A DNA stretch of 64,000 nt, taken from IMG/VR virus record IMGVR_UViG_2654587505_000001, positions 1 through 64,000 of that record. One strand, 5' to 3'. The notes beneath the pieces were generated by a model, which worked only from the letters and a program-made list of their open reading frames with translations, was not told the origin of the DNA and made no database searches. Shown here one piece after another: positions 8,082 through 19,800 of the stretch; the first letter of the stretch is position 1, and the number at the start of each line of letters is the position of its first letter. Origin of the DNA: a virus. Lineage: Duplodnaviria; Caudoviricetes. A program made the position numbers and the translations under genes.

Positions 8082-11000
8082 TTAAGCAATGAAATGAATT
8101 TGCGAACCACCCAATGTTACATTTCCTGTGGCAGTCAAATTAATATCTCCAGTAATATCAGCAGATAAACCATTAGAATTTAAAGTGAAAGCACTGCCAT
8201 TAGAGAGAATTAAACTAATCATGTCACCAGTCGCATTTATTTCGAATTTTGAACCAGAAGAATGAACTAGTTTTATAAAACCATTATCAGTAAACACAGA
8301 ATAATTTTTCGATGAATTATTAATATCGCCTTCTTCAGAAAGCAAATCTACACTATCATCGAATAAAGTTATACTTCTCTCTTTTGCATAATTGCTATTG
8401 TAATATGCCTGTTTGTAAAAGCCATTTCCCTTTTCCGTATATGCTTTACCAGAATCATGTAACCCATCAGTTGAATTCCCTTGTCCTCCGTCTCCATTAC
8501 CAATAATGTCTTTTGGATTCGCCAAGGCTCCTGATCCATCAAAACTAATTATCCGCTTTTCTTTGATGTCATCAAAACTATATGAATAAGCAATAAGTCC
8601 ACTTCCCATATCTTCAGTTGTTGTTATCTGTCTTGAGGAATCTGTCCACCATAACAAGCGCCCTTTAGAATCTCTACTTTGTTGCTTTGAATTTACCCTC
8701 GCAGTGATAAACTTCATGTAATTGTCTTCAATTTTTATATAATCGACATATTGACCTATAGCAGCATCCTTGCCAAGCGTAACTAGCCGTGACACTGTTA
8801 AGTTGGAAATATAACCCTCTGCTGCGGTAATTGTGGTAACAGCAATCATTTCAGCAGTTAATTTACCGACACCATCAATGTCCCAATTATTCATGTACAA
8901 TTTTGCATTTTCACTATCAATAAGTAATTTGTTGTTACCATCAGTTATGATAGCTTTTCTTGCCTTCAATGTTCCATCCAAGGTTACAGAGAAAGGAGCT
9001 TGATCAAAATTTTGATTACCAGCCCATATCCCTTGGAGGGGAAACACTTTAAATACATTATTGCCACTGCCAATTGTTAAATCCGAACCAACAATATGTC
9101 CATCTCTGAACCATGAGGATCTAATCTCTGCTGTTTCAGCGGTTAGTTTGTTCATATAGGCATTTCCATTCAAATCAACACGGAAAGGGGCTGTTGACCA
9201 TGTTCCCGAACCTAATGCAATACCTTCGTTGTTGGCTGTAAAAATTGCATTACCTTCTCCAACCTGTAAGAAACCTTTGAGTGTAAGATTTCCATTTAAA
9301 TCAATGTAAAATCTATCCACCCATGTAGGAGAAGTATCTGTCCCAATATTTTTTTGAATCTTGATTCCTTCGGTGGCGTTTAGTTTTGTCCTATAAGCAA
9401 TATCGTTTCTTGTAACCACTAATCCGTCAGTATTGTCGAGGGTAATCCCATTATTGAGTATGCCAGACATATAATCAATTTTTACGCCGCGACCATTAAA
9501 ATAACCGTCAATATCAAGCCATGCAGTTTTATCCCAATTTGAACCATCTTTGCGCTCAATGACAAATCCTTCATCTCTGTCAACAATGACCCTGTTAATT
9601 ACTGTATTATCGGCACAATCAGAAGTAGCATATCGATTAAGTTTAATGCCGAATTTATCAGGATTTTCATCATATAATCCAATCTTCATTACTTCTCGAT
9701 TACAACGATCAGTTATTATTGTTTTAGCGCCCTCTGTTAACCAGATACCATCATCGTCACCAATGATAACTCTTTGTGTAGTAAGAATTTTGCCCATGAG
9801 ACGTTCTGCAATGATTCCATCAGGGGTTATCGCTGTTTCATAACGCAATCCCCCTGAACGTGTTAAAGCTAACACACCGTGGGTTGCTCTAAGAAAACGA
9901 TTTGGGTCATTTGGGTCAATAATTGTAAGACCCTTACGGTCAATAGTAACATACTCATTACTTGCAAAATTGACTTCATTAGTAACCTTATTCCAAAAAT
10001 TTTCAAATAACTGACTAATTTCGCTCGAATCTTTAACGGCTTGACCCCAACGATCTTTATTGCTACTAACAACTATAGAAGTATAATTAGAATTATATAT
10101 ATACTTCTCAAATAACTTTCTATTATCAGTAATTTCTTTTACATTTGCTATTGTTAAATTTATATCATAGTTTTCATAGTCGTATTCAATGCCTATAATT
10201 CGGGCAGTTACTTTTACACCGATTTTTTCATAGTCGATAGTAACAATGTCACCTAAAACAAGCTTATTCCAGTTATGTTGCTCCTCAACAATTCTTAAAA
10301 AATCTACAACACTTATATTAATTACTAATTGGGGTTTTTGGAATTCAAGAAATTTTTCTTGAGCATCTTTATATAAATCATGTTCATCTATGTATTTTTC
10401 ATCTGAAAATGTTCCCTCAATGATATAATCGTTTAATTCTTCAATTTGCTCAGAAGTAAAATTATTTTCAAATGACATTAATTCTCTTAGTGTTGTTATA
10501 TTTGATTCAACCGAATTAATCTGATTTATAACATTGGCTATTTCTGCTTTTTTAGCAGCAATCTGCATTTTTTTATTATCAATGCAGTATTTTTCGATTA
10601 ATGCTGTCTCATTCCCAGAAGTGGAGTATTCGATATCGGTTATATTTGCAATCTGTATATAAATTTCATTATTTATCGAGGTTCCACTAGTTTCAATCGC
10701 TACAATACTTGAAAGTTTTGTTTTACCAATCACCATCCACTGTTCTGCAACTGTATTTACAATATTTCCATTTACTTTGACAGTGAGATTATTTGTATCA
10801 TTTACTTTAATCATAAATACATATGCATTCAAGGGATTTAATAATGTTGTATTTAAAACTGACGAACCACTATGAATATATTTATAAAACCACATATTAT
10901 TGTCTGCTTGTTGTAAAGAGACAATATTATCAACTGCTGCTTCCTGAATTTGAAGTGTTTTTAATTCATTTTCTTTTGTTGTTAATGTGGATTGTAATGA

Positions 11001-11921
11001 TTCTTTTTGAGTGAGCAGACTACTGAATTCGCTTTTCTTGCTTTCAATTAGTTCACTATAATCAATCAGAGCATGGCACAATGAATCGCTCATATATTCA
11101 CTATGATTAACCACATTTCTATTCTCATCTCGTTCAAACGGGAACATAAAGTAACTAAAATTTTCTATATAAGGTTGCCCCGTAGGATTCACATTTTGTA
11201 TTGAAAGCCCGTCTTTACCATATGCTTTTAATCGTGTAACCATCATGTCGGAGTCAGATTCTTTTCCAAGTGAACGCAGATAATGACCATAAGAAAATTT
11301 GAGACCTTTATTGATACCAAATAATTCAGGTTTTACTAAACTAATTGTTCGATTTACCGTATCCCATAATATAATTGCATTATATGTTTCCGCGATTTTA
11401 TATACAGCATCTAACACATTGGTATCTTGAAAGTCAAATTCTCGGTATGTTAGCTCAAAATCAGCGTCAATGTAATCCGTTCTCCAATTTGTATCAACAA
11501 GAACCTCTGTTAGCACAGTTTTAGCATGTGCCGAGTCATTATGATATCCTTTGAGCAACCTTCCTCTTAATTGATATCCCAATGAAGAGGCTTCAACCGT
11601 CATATAATCTTTATCTTCATCCATATTGTCATTTAATTTTGTAATAACAAACCATTCAATTTTAATTCCTCTAACAACTTTGAGCAGGTAACGTTCTTTC
11701 AAAAGATCTGCATTACTATTTCTGATTTGTTCTCCATTGAAGTCAATCTCATATGGTAGATCAAAAGTGATATCATTAAGCTGTAATATTAAATCCCGTT
11801 GTTTGATATTGTAAGCTTCACTTATTTTTGAAATTATCTCTCGATTTGGCTTTGCTAAAAATATTTGAGGCTCTATTGGTTTTCTATAAAGATTAACCTC
11901 GCCCAGATTACTTAGCATCAA
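8082..11921 (-). CDS. Tal-like tail hub/spike protein (YomG-like) with C-terminal beta-helix
   Basis: N-terminal prophage-tail/endopeptidase-like region (VTRLKAYGKDGL), coiled coils, TAITPDGIIAE motif, APF repeats, spike-like C-terminus; follows Dit. Confidence 0.85.
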   Translation of the reverse strand: MMLSNLGEVNLYRKPIEPQIFLAKPNREIISKISEAYNIKQRDLILQLNDITFDLPYEIDFNGEQIRNSNADLLKERYLLKVVRGIKIEWFVITKLNDNMDEDKDYMTVEASSLGYQLRGRLLKGYHNDSAHAKTVLTEVLVDTNWRTDYIDADFELTYREFDFQDTNVLDAVYKIAETYNAIILWDTVNRTISLVKPELFGINKGLKFSYGHYLRSLGKESDSDMMVTRLKAYGKDGLSIQNVNPTGQPYIENFSYFMFPFERDENRNVVNHSEYMSDSLCHALIDYSELIESKKSEFSSLLTQKESLQSTLTTKENELKTLQIQEAAVDNIVSLQQADNNMWFYKYIHSGSSVLNTTLLNPLNAYVFMIKVNDTNNLTVKVNGNIVNTVAEQWMVIGKTKLSSIVAIETSGTSINNEIYIQIANITDIEYSTSGNETALIEKYCIDNKKMQIAAKKAEIANVINQINSVESNITTLRELMSFENNFTSEQIEELNDYIIEGTFSDEKYIDEHDLYKDAQEKFLEFQKPQLVINISVVDFLRIVEEQHNWNKLVLGDIVTIDYEKIGVKVTARIIGIEYDYENYDINLTIANVKEITDNRKLFEKYIYNSNYTSIVVSSNKDRWGQAVKDSSEISQLFENFWNKVTNEVNFASNEYVTIDRKGLTIIDPNDPNRFLRATHGVLALTRSGGLRYETAITPDGIIAERLMGKILTTQRVIIGDDDGIWLTEGAKTIITDRCNREVMKIGLYDENPDKFGIKLNRYATSDCADNTVINRVIVDRDEGFVIERKDGSNWDKTAWLDIDGYFNGRGVKIDYMSGILNNGITLDNTDGLVVTRNDIAYRTKLNATEGIKIQKNIGTDTSPTWVDRFYIDLNGNLTLKGFLQVGEGNAIFTANNEGIALGSGTWSTAPFRVDLNGNAYMNKLTAETAEIRSSWFRDGHIVGSDLTIGSGNNVFKVFPLQGIWAGNQNFDQAPFSVTLDGTLKARKAIITDGNNKLLIDSENAKLYMNNWDIDGVGKLTAEMIAVTTITAAEGYISNLTVSRLVTLGKDAAIGQYVDYIKIEDNYMKFITARVNSKQQSRDSKGRLLWWTDSSRQITTTEDMGSGLIAYSYSFDDIKEKRIISFDGSGALANPKDIIGNGDGGQGNSTDGLHDSGKAYTEKGNGFYKQAYYNSNYAKERSITLFDDSVDLLSEEGDINNSSKNYSVFTDNGFIKLVHSSGSKFEINATGDMISLILSNGSAFTLNSNGLSADITGDINLTATGNVTLGGSQIHFIA

Positions 11922-11929
11922 TTCACCTC

Positions 11930-12574
11930 CTAGCCTTGTAAAAGTCGATAACGATATCTAAATTGAATTTTTGCATCGCCAATCACCCTTAATACATTTT
12001 CTCCTGTCGGCAACTCAAGATAATTGTCATTAAAATTTGCATATCTGTATGTAGCAGCAAGAGAAGTTTCAATTTGTTCCCTCTCTCCGTTCACATAAAC
12101 TGTTTCTTGATCGATTAAATCAATAAATTTAAATTCCTCATTTCCGTTAGATGTGTTAATAATTGAAAAATCCCCGTTCCCGATTTTTGTTATCCATATT
12201 TCCGGTCTTATTTTCACATCTCCGTCATTGGAGAAATAAATTACTGGCTCAAAGAAAAATACCACTTCATTAAGCGATGGAGTGGTATTTTTATCGTTTG
12301 TCTCCAAGAAAGCTCTGAATTGAATTTTAGCATGTTGTAATGCTGTCTGAGAGTTGATATCCGGTATGTATCCTCCGTTTACACACAACTTCCAATCCGT
12401 CCATGTAAATCCGTCATTAAAAGTTAACCTTGTTTCTATCCAAAGCTTAGTTCCAATTGGTTCACTCGAAACCCATGAAATATTTGCAATAGCACCATCT
12501 CCATCCAAATAAATTGGAAATTCAGGTGAGGTGCGATAACCTCTAAGATTTGATAAACTTAGCCATGTGCTCAT
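11930..12574 (-). CDS. Distal tail protein, C-terminal part
   Basis: NDGDVKIRPEI ... LELPTGENVLRVIG..FRYRY typical of Dit C-terminus. Confidence 0.7.
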   Translation of the reverse strand: MSTWLSLSNLRGYRTSPEFPIYLDGDGAIANISWVSSEPIGTKLWIETRLTFNDGFTWTDWKLCVNGGYIPDINSQTALQHAKIQFRAFLETNDKNTTPSLNEVVFFFEPVIYFSNDGDVKIRPEIWITKIGNGDFSIINTSNGNEEFKFIDLIDQETVYVNGEREQIETSLAATYRYANFNDNYLELPTGENVLRVIGDAKIQFRYRYRLLQG

Positions 12575-12590
12575 TTACTTATCACCAACA

Positions 12591-13226
12591 CTATTCAATT
12601 TTCCCAAATGGTTTAAAATTGCATGCAATACCTTTCTCTTGCCAAATCACTTTTCGATAACCTGTCCATACAACCATATTATCATCAACTGTGCCTCCAT
12701 CAATTAGTGACCAATTTGGTTCATTTGAGCCTGATGTTCCTGCAACAGTACAAACGTAAAAGCGATTATTATCTAATGTGGGAAACACAACATCATACAA
12801 GTTGTACACTTTAGAGGGTTGCCATGTCGAACCGTTTTTTGTATCTTCAATTAGAGAGCCTTCATTGGTTAAGAATGTAGGCTCATTTACTCCGCTTCTT
12901 CCAGCTTGAATACATTCATAATAGTGTCCATTGTCTACGTTAGGGACAACAAAATCTCCTACGTTATATGCATATAGCGGTGTCCATTTTGGGGATGCTC
13001 GACCTTCTCTTGTATTAACCCACCCAACATATTGACCTGTTTGCGGATTACTATTCCAAACTTTTTCATTTAATTTATAAAAACCTGATGTTGGAATCTG
13101 TATGGCATATGTATTAGAAGCGTCATCTAATTTTTGAAAGTTAAAAGCTAAGTCTAGGATTGTTTGCTGTACTTCATCATTTAATGAAGGTATTATTAAT
13201 TTTAGTTTATTTGAAAGTGTTGACAT
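12591..13226 (-). CDS. Tail protein with two carbohydrate-binding (CBM5/12-like) repeats
   Basis: Two W-x-P-xx-Y-x-V/L-x-D..Y.C..AG.SG..EP repeats. Confidence 0.7.
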   Translation of the reverse strand: MSTLSNKLKLIIPSLNDEVQQTILDLAFNFQKLDDASNTYAIQIPTSGFYKLNEKVWNSNPQTGQYVGWVNTREGRASPKWTPLYAYNVGDFVVPNVDNGHYYECIQAGRSGVNEPTFLTNEGSLIEDTKNGSTWQPSKVYNLYDVVFPTLDNNRFYVCTVAGTSGSNEPNWSLIDGGTVDDNMVVWTGYRKVIWQEKGIACNFKPFGKIE

Positions 13227-13244
13227 ATTTTATTTTCACTCCTT

Positions 13245-13829
13245 TCATAAGTCGTTCCATGTTGTAGAAGGGGGAATATTTATCCATTTAGGTTTAGTTT
13301 CATTGAGAATTAATTGTCCATTATCATTTACTTTAACCCCTACTAATTCTCCGTTGCTGAAATTGTTGTCGGTGAAGGTAAAAGGAGTTTCGTTCCAATC
13401 ATATATTTTGCTTGTTTTAAATGGCGAATAACTATAAGGACTATCACATCGAAATTTTACTTGAACATAGCCCATTTTTAGTCCATTGTGTAGAAGTTGT
13501 GAATCAGAAACTAGCATACAATAAAAAATTCGTTCTGGGTTGTCGCTAGTATAAAATGGACGATAATAATCTTGGTCTAGCCATCTTGCTACTTCACGAA
13601 TCCGAACATTGTCATAATAATCTTCAAACGCAAAAGTTAAAGAAAACTCAAGAGGGGAACGTTGAACCTCTTGAAAGTAAGGTTTTTCATTCCCCCTGAT
13701 AATTATTTCTTTAATTTGTCTCTCAGATAAAAATGGCTCCTCAAAAAAACCTGAATCAATTTTACAATTAATCAAACCCATGTCTACTGAATATATCCCA
13801 TTATAATAAAAATCAATACCTTCTTTCAT
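13245..13829 (-). CDS. Distal tail protein (Dit, YomH-like), N-terminal part
   Basis: Immediately after tape measure; FYYNGIYS.DMG, RWL.QDYYRP, FRCDSPYSYS motifs. Confidence 0.85.
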   Translation of the reverse strand: MKEGIDFYYNGIYSVDMGLINCKIDSGFFEEPFLSERQIKEIIIRGNEKPYFQEVQRSPLEFSLTFAFEDYYDNVRIREVARWLDQDYYRPFYTSDNPERIFYCMLVSDSQLLHNGLKMGYVQVKFRCDSPYSYSPFKTSKIYDWNETPFTFTDNNFSNGELVGVKVNDNGQLILNETKPKWINIPPSTTWNDL

Positions 13830-13832
13830 TTA

Positions 13833-16800
13833 TTATACCTTTCCCTTATTCTTCATATTTTTAAATACTTCTTCAACAAAACTTTCGGCTCCTTTTTTAT
13901 CCCCAATAACTTTATCAATTCTAAAAGTGTAGTCATGATAGACATTATTTCCTGCGGTAACTGCTCTTGGTGACAGAGAAAAATTTGAAAAATCAGGAGT
14001 CTTTATCTTATTTATAAGTTTGCTAATAATATCAACAGGTTTGTTTTTTATTACTAACTCTCCTTTTTTTAAAATAGATAATTCTTCATCTGAACCAAGA
14101 TTGAACATTTTATGAAGTTTTTCTATCAATGGAATACTCTTGCCTCCAACAATACCACCGCTATGATAAAGAGGTAAGCCATTCTTAAACCATGTACCAT
14201 TTTTATATGTAGCTCCGATTTGTTGTCCCATCCATTGATTCGCTTGTTCAAGTTCTTTCTTGCGAGTCGCGTCTGCACTGTTCCACAACTTAGAGTTTTC
14301 TTTCATTTTTTCGATTTTTGGTTTTTCTTCTTCTTTAGGTTGGTAATAAATACTATATAATTGCTTACCATCTTTAACCCATTCCCCATTTGAATCCATT
14401 GTAGCCCCGATACTACTACCCAACCTTTGATTTTCCTGTGATAATTTTTGTTGATCTTCATTGTTTGAATTGTACCAATTAATACTATTTTGTTTCATTT
14501 GTTCTATTGTTTTGTTAATATCACCCAATTGAGAAGTGAGATTACCAAACTTCAAATTATCCAAATCTTTGAATTTAGAGATAAGTTGATCAACTTTTGA
14601 GATCATAGTATCTTGTAGATTTGTTGCCATATTAGAAAAAGTAGTATTAAAAATGGTACTTGTTTCGCCAATTCTTTTTGAAGCATCGTCAATTTTATCA
14701 ATCAAATTATTTGAAATGCTTTGACCAATAATCTGAGAGTTATTTTGTGTAAAAGTAGCAAACTGTCTCAAATCTGCTTTTACACGATCAAAATATCCTC
14801 GCTGTATTTCTTCACGAATCTGTCTGTATTTGCGTTCATCTTGAATTAAATTTTCATAGTATTGATCAGTAACTTCTCTTAAATTATCAAGTCGTTCTTT
14901 TTCATTCTCATATGCTTTATCCTCAATTTCTTTTTGAGAATCAATGCTTTTTTGTTTGTCAGCCAATTGTTCCTGAAGTGCCTTTTTTGCTGCCTCTCTA
15001 AGATGTTTCTTTTGAAAATCATCAATTTCTTCATTTTTTTCTTGAAGTTGTTTCAATAATTCGGCAGTTTTCGCTTTGTTTTCAAGAGAAGTATCTAGTT
15101 TCCGCTTATCAATTTCTTTCTGGATTTCATCTCGCTCTTTAGTAAGTTTAGTAAGTTGTTGCTGATAATCTTCTTCATTTGCTTGTTCATCAAGAGCTTT
15201 TAACCTAGCTTGAACAAGTTCATCATATTTCTTCATTTCCTCGTCAAGCATATTAATTTTTCTTTGATGCGATTTTTCTAAAGCTTTTTGCTCATTCTCA
15301 ATCCCCTTTAGAGCCACTTCTTTTTGTTTTTTATACATTTCTTTATATATATCAACTACATCATCAGACAAAGTATTTAATTGTTCTTTTAAGGATTGAT
15401 TTGTTGACTTAATTGAAGAGGCAATATCAATTTGAGCGAGAATAGATTGTTTTAATTGTTGGTTTAATTCGTTCCATTGCTGTTGAGTTAGACCAACGGT
15501 TTCCATTTGTTTTCGAATAACTTGTTCATGCGCTTCTTCTGCTTTAAGTTTATTTTGAAGAATTTGAATTTGGTTTTGAAGTTCTTCAGCATATTCCCTA
15601 GATTCTTCTTTTAATAATCCTATGCGATCTTTAGATATTTCTAATTGGTCATCATATTTTTTTACTTCTTCAACCGATTTATCGATTGTTTGTTTTAATA
15701 ACTCCCAAGATAACTTAAATATTTCTTTTTCGATCTCTTTTCTTTTCGCAGCATTTGCTTCGCGCATATATTGAATATCTTGCTCATTGTCTTTATGATT
15801 TTCTAACATGCGCTTCCAAGCCGCTAATTCACCTTCTAAGTCAAGCATTCCAAACGCTTTACTATTTTCAATCCAAGATTTGGAAAAATTAAATTTAGCG
15901 TCTACTACTTTTTCACTCAAACCATCAATAGCATCGGAAATCTTTTGAATTTCTTCAGTATTACCGTTCCATGCTTGTTTAATAGATTGAATCTGACTAA
16001 ATATTTTTTCATATAAAGATTTTTGATTTTCAAGTTTCTTTATTTGAACCTTTTGGGTGTCAGTTAGATTAAGTCCATCTCCTTCAATTTTTTGTATTGT
16101 TTTATCGATATCTTGGATTGTTTTTATAAAAACTTTAGAAGCGGTGGCATCGTCATTAAACCAAGCATCAAATCCTATACCGTCTTTAGCAAACTGATCT
16201 GCCAAGGATTGATAAGTTGAGCGAATATTATTAGCAGAAGACGATAGACGAGAATTCGCTGTATTAATGTCGTCGATTTTACTCTTTTGTTCATTTAAAA
16301 GTTGATTGGTAAACTCGATTATTTTATTGTAGTTTCCAGTTTTATCAGCAATATTAATTTGGCGCTCAAGAGATTTGATGTTATTATCACGAGCAGATAT
16401 GACTTGGTTGATATTGTTTATTTCTTCTTTGGTGAAATCGGTTAGTGTGTGTAGGGTTGCCTGTGTATCTTGTTTGTCACGTTCTTTTTTAGGTTTATTC
16501 CCGCCATATGTAGCAAGATCAATTGGTTGCGACAACAAGGCAATCACAACCTCTAACTCTTTTTTGCGTTTTTCTGCATCTTTGAGGGCTTTTTCGTCAG
16601 CTTCTGTAAGTCCAAACTTTTTACCTTTATATGAATCTGCAAATAAGAAATTATTATCTTCGGTGACACCAGTTGGATTGCCCCATTTAGATGTAAAAGA
16701 TTCGGATACTAAGAGAGGGTTTATTTTAGTGTAAAAAATCTCATACATCTTTCGTTTAGCTTCAAGAGCATTGTATGTATTATTTACGCTATCTAAAAGC

Positions 16801-19800
16801 CTCTGCTGTTCAGCTAAGTGAGCTTTACGTTCTTTCTCTGCAACCCATTGAAGAATAGCACCTCTATCTTGAATAATGCCATTATGCTCAGAAAGATAGT
16901 CTATAAGTTCAGGGTATTTCTCCATTAGATTCAGTGTTTCATCTAATGATAGTTGTTGACCCTCTTGTAATTTTTGATAAGCTGAAGCAAGTGTATTTAT
17001 TCTTGAAAAGGTATCGCCTATCTTTTTATATAATTCTTCATGTTTATTTAATGACTCTTGGTTAACATCATTAGAATCTTCCATTGCACCAGAAGCGGCA
17101 TCAATAGCAGCCTTTTGATTAAACAGTGCTTTAATTCCTGCATCAATAATCTTGTTTACTTGTTCTAATGTAAATCCTGCACTAAGCATAGATCTTCTCT
17201 GTGCATTCCAAGAGTCTGCTGATTCTATATTTTTTTTACTAAGTCGAGAAATAAAATCTAGTTGTTCTGGAGACATTAATTTTAATTCATCAAAAGAAAA
17301 GATGTTTCCAACATTACCTACTTGATTACGCAATTCAACAATTTTTTGAGAATATTCTTCAGTTTCGCGTTTTAAGTTTTGATATGAATCAATCATTGAT
17401 TCATTGCTCTTAGTATTTTTAACTGTTTCCATTCCCAGTTTAATTTTCTCTTTTATTGCGTTTTGATCTTCTTTGGTTAAAGCATCAATACTTCCTTTTG
17501 TTCTAAGAACAGACTTGTTATACTCTTCAATATCACCAGCTAATTTTAAAAATATTTCCTTATTTTTAAAATCAATTTTACTAATATCGTTCAATAAACC
17601 AGTCTTTGCTTTTTCAGATAATGCAAATCCAAGTGTGTCTAGGTATGAACGATTGAGAGCAGCCGACTCAATATTTTGGAAAATTTCCCTTATTTGCTTA
17701 CGTGCATTTTTGTCAAAATTATCCGTATTAGCTTTATCTCTTTGGTTTTGAAGCTCTTTCAGTCTCTCAGTTTCTAGTTCAATGGCTTCAGCACTTTTTA
17801 AATGAGCCTGACCAGTTGCATCAATTCCAGCAGTATAAGAAGGCATAAGGTCATTAAGTTCATTTTGAATTTTCAATAACTCTTCTGTTTGTTCTCTTGT
17901 CGGATTAATTATTGATGATAATTCTTTATATCTTTCAGCAAGAAATCTTACTTTATCTTCTTGAGAACTTAACGATTGAATAGATATTTTGTCTTGTTGT
18001 TCTTGTTTCTCTTTTACCTGTTGTAACTCTGACCAATTTCTAATTACGCCTTCTAATGCTATTCCTAATGCAACAAAAGCGGCTCCAACAACAGTAGAAG
18101 CAACCAAGCCTCTAAGAGCGACTTTTGCTTTCGCTGAAGATACACCTAATGCATCTATACCTTTACCTAAAGTTAACACAGAAATTGTTAGAGTTCTAAA
18201 ATTTCTGTTTAAACCAGCAGCGGCGACTCCAACTGCCCCGAGAATAATCGGCAGAAAACCAATAGTGCTTACCGCTCCTGAAAAGGTATTTGCTAGAGAT
18301 GTTAAAGAGCCAACTATAGCAATAATTCCATCGTTAATAACCGCTTCACCTATCGTTAGACTAAACTCTTGCCAAGCTGCCTTTAACTTTTCGATTCTAG
18401 CTTGCAAAGATTCCATATATTTGGCGTTTTCACGCATTGCACTATTCTCCGAGTGAAGGGCTGTTTGAGTGGCTTTGTGTGCTTCTGCTCTGTTCTGTAC
18501 CATAGCAAGAAAACGACTAAGTTGGTATCGTCCGGCCAGCACAACAGCAGTATTTTGTTGTTCCTCTTTTGTTAGGCTATTGAATTTAGACGAGTATTCG
18601 TCGATAATTTCCGTTGCACTCTTCATTTCTCCGCTAGCATTTTTTACGTTAATACCGATTGAAGCTAATGCATCTATAGCGGGCTGCATAGTAGTAAGTC
18701 GGCTATAGATTGTTTTTAAGGCGTTTCCCGCAATTGCTCCGCTTTCTCTTGTAGCCAACATAATAGAAGTAGCGTCTCCAATTGTCTCTTCCATGGTTAC
18801 GCCAAATGTCTTGGCTGTGCTCCCTGCCTTCATTAAACTTATGGCTAGGTCTTTTGTAGTAACCGCGAAATTGTTGTCTACCTCGTTTAACGCATCCACG
18901 ATTCTGATCGATTTACTTGCCTCGATATTAAAAATGGTCATCGCGGCTGTCATGGCATCCATTGCTTCTTTACCTGATAACTCAGATATATTCGTTGCCA
19001 ATGTTGCAGTTCTTGTGAGCGCTAAAACTTGATCTTCACTGAAACCCTGTCTTGCAAAGCCTATCATAGCCTCATTAACAGTTGTAATTGAGCGACCAAG
19101 TTCATTTGCCAATTCAATACTGCCACGAAGCATGTTCTCAAAATTAGTATCCTGATCCATTACTCTTTTCAATTCAACCATCTGAGAGTCTAGTTGTACC
19201 ACCATGTCTATAGCTGACTGGAGTCCGCGAAACGGTGCATAGAAAGCGGTGGCAGTAACCATCCATATGGGGAATTTCTGGAATGCAGTTGATAGTGCTT
19301 CTCTTAAAGAAATACTGTGAGAAGTAGCGGATTTTGCTTGGTTTACATATTCATTCAATCGATGGTTCAATTTATTTAAAACCTGTTCGCCATTTTGGGC
19401 AAGGTTTAAAGATTTAGCGTCAACAGCTAAATTATTTAAGTTACTAACAAGATTTTTATCTCCTGAATATCTCCGCTGATATTCCCCTATTTTTAATATA
19501 AGATCTTCTTGTTTCTTAATTAAACTATCATATTGTTTCTTTGCCTTATTAACAAAATTCTCAGTATCTCGCTCTTCCTGCAATAGATTTCTTCTAATAG
19601 ATGCTTGCAAATCGTCATAATCTTTTTTTACTTTATTTACAAAATTCTGATACTCACGTTCTTCCTGAAGAAGATTTGATCTAGTTGCTTTTAATAATTC
19701 TTCTTGTGTCTTAGTTTTTTTAACTGCATCAGAAATATCTCTGTTTTTTAATGCTTTACTCCACCAGTCCTCATATGCTTGACGACTTTTTTGAATCTTA

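Noticed and set aside
16375-19032. Plus-strand ORFs antisense to the tape measure and other long genes
   Set aside because: Shadow ORFs of strongly coding minus-strand genes with no independent signals.
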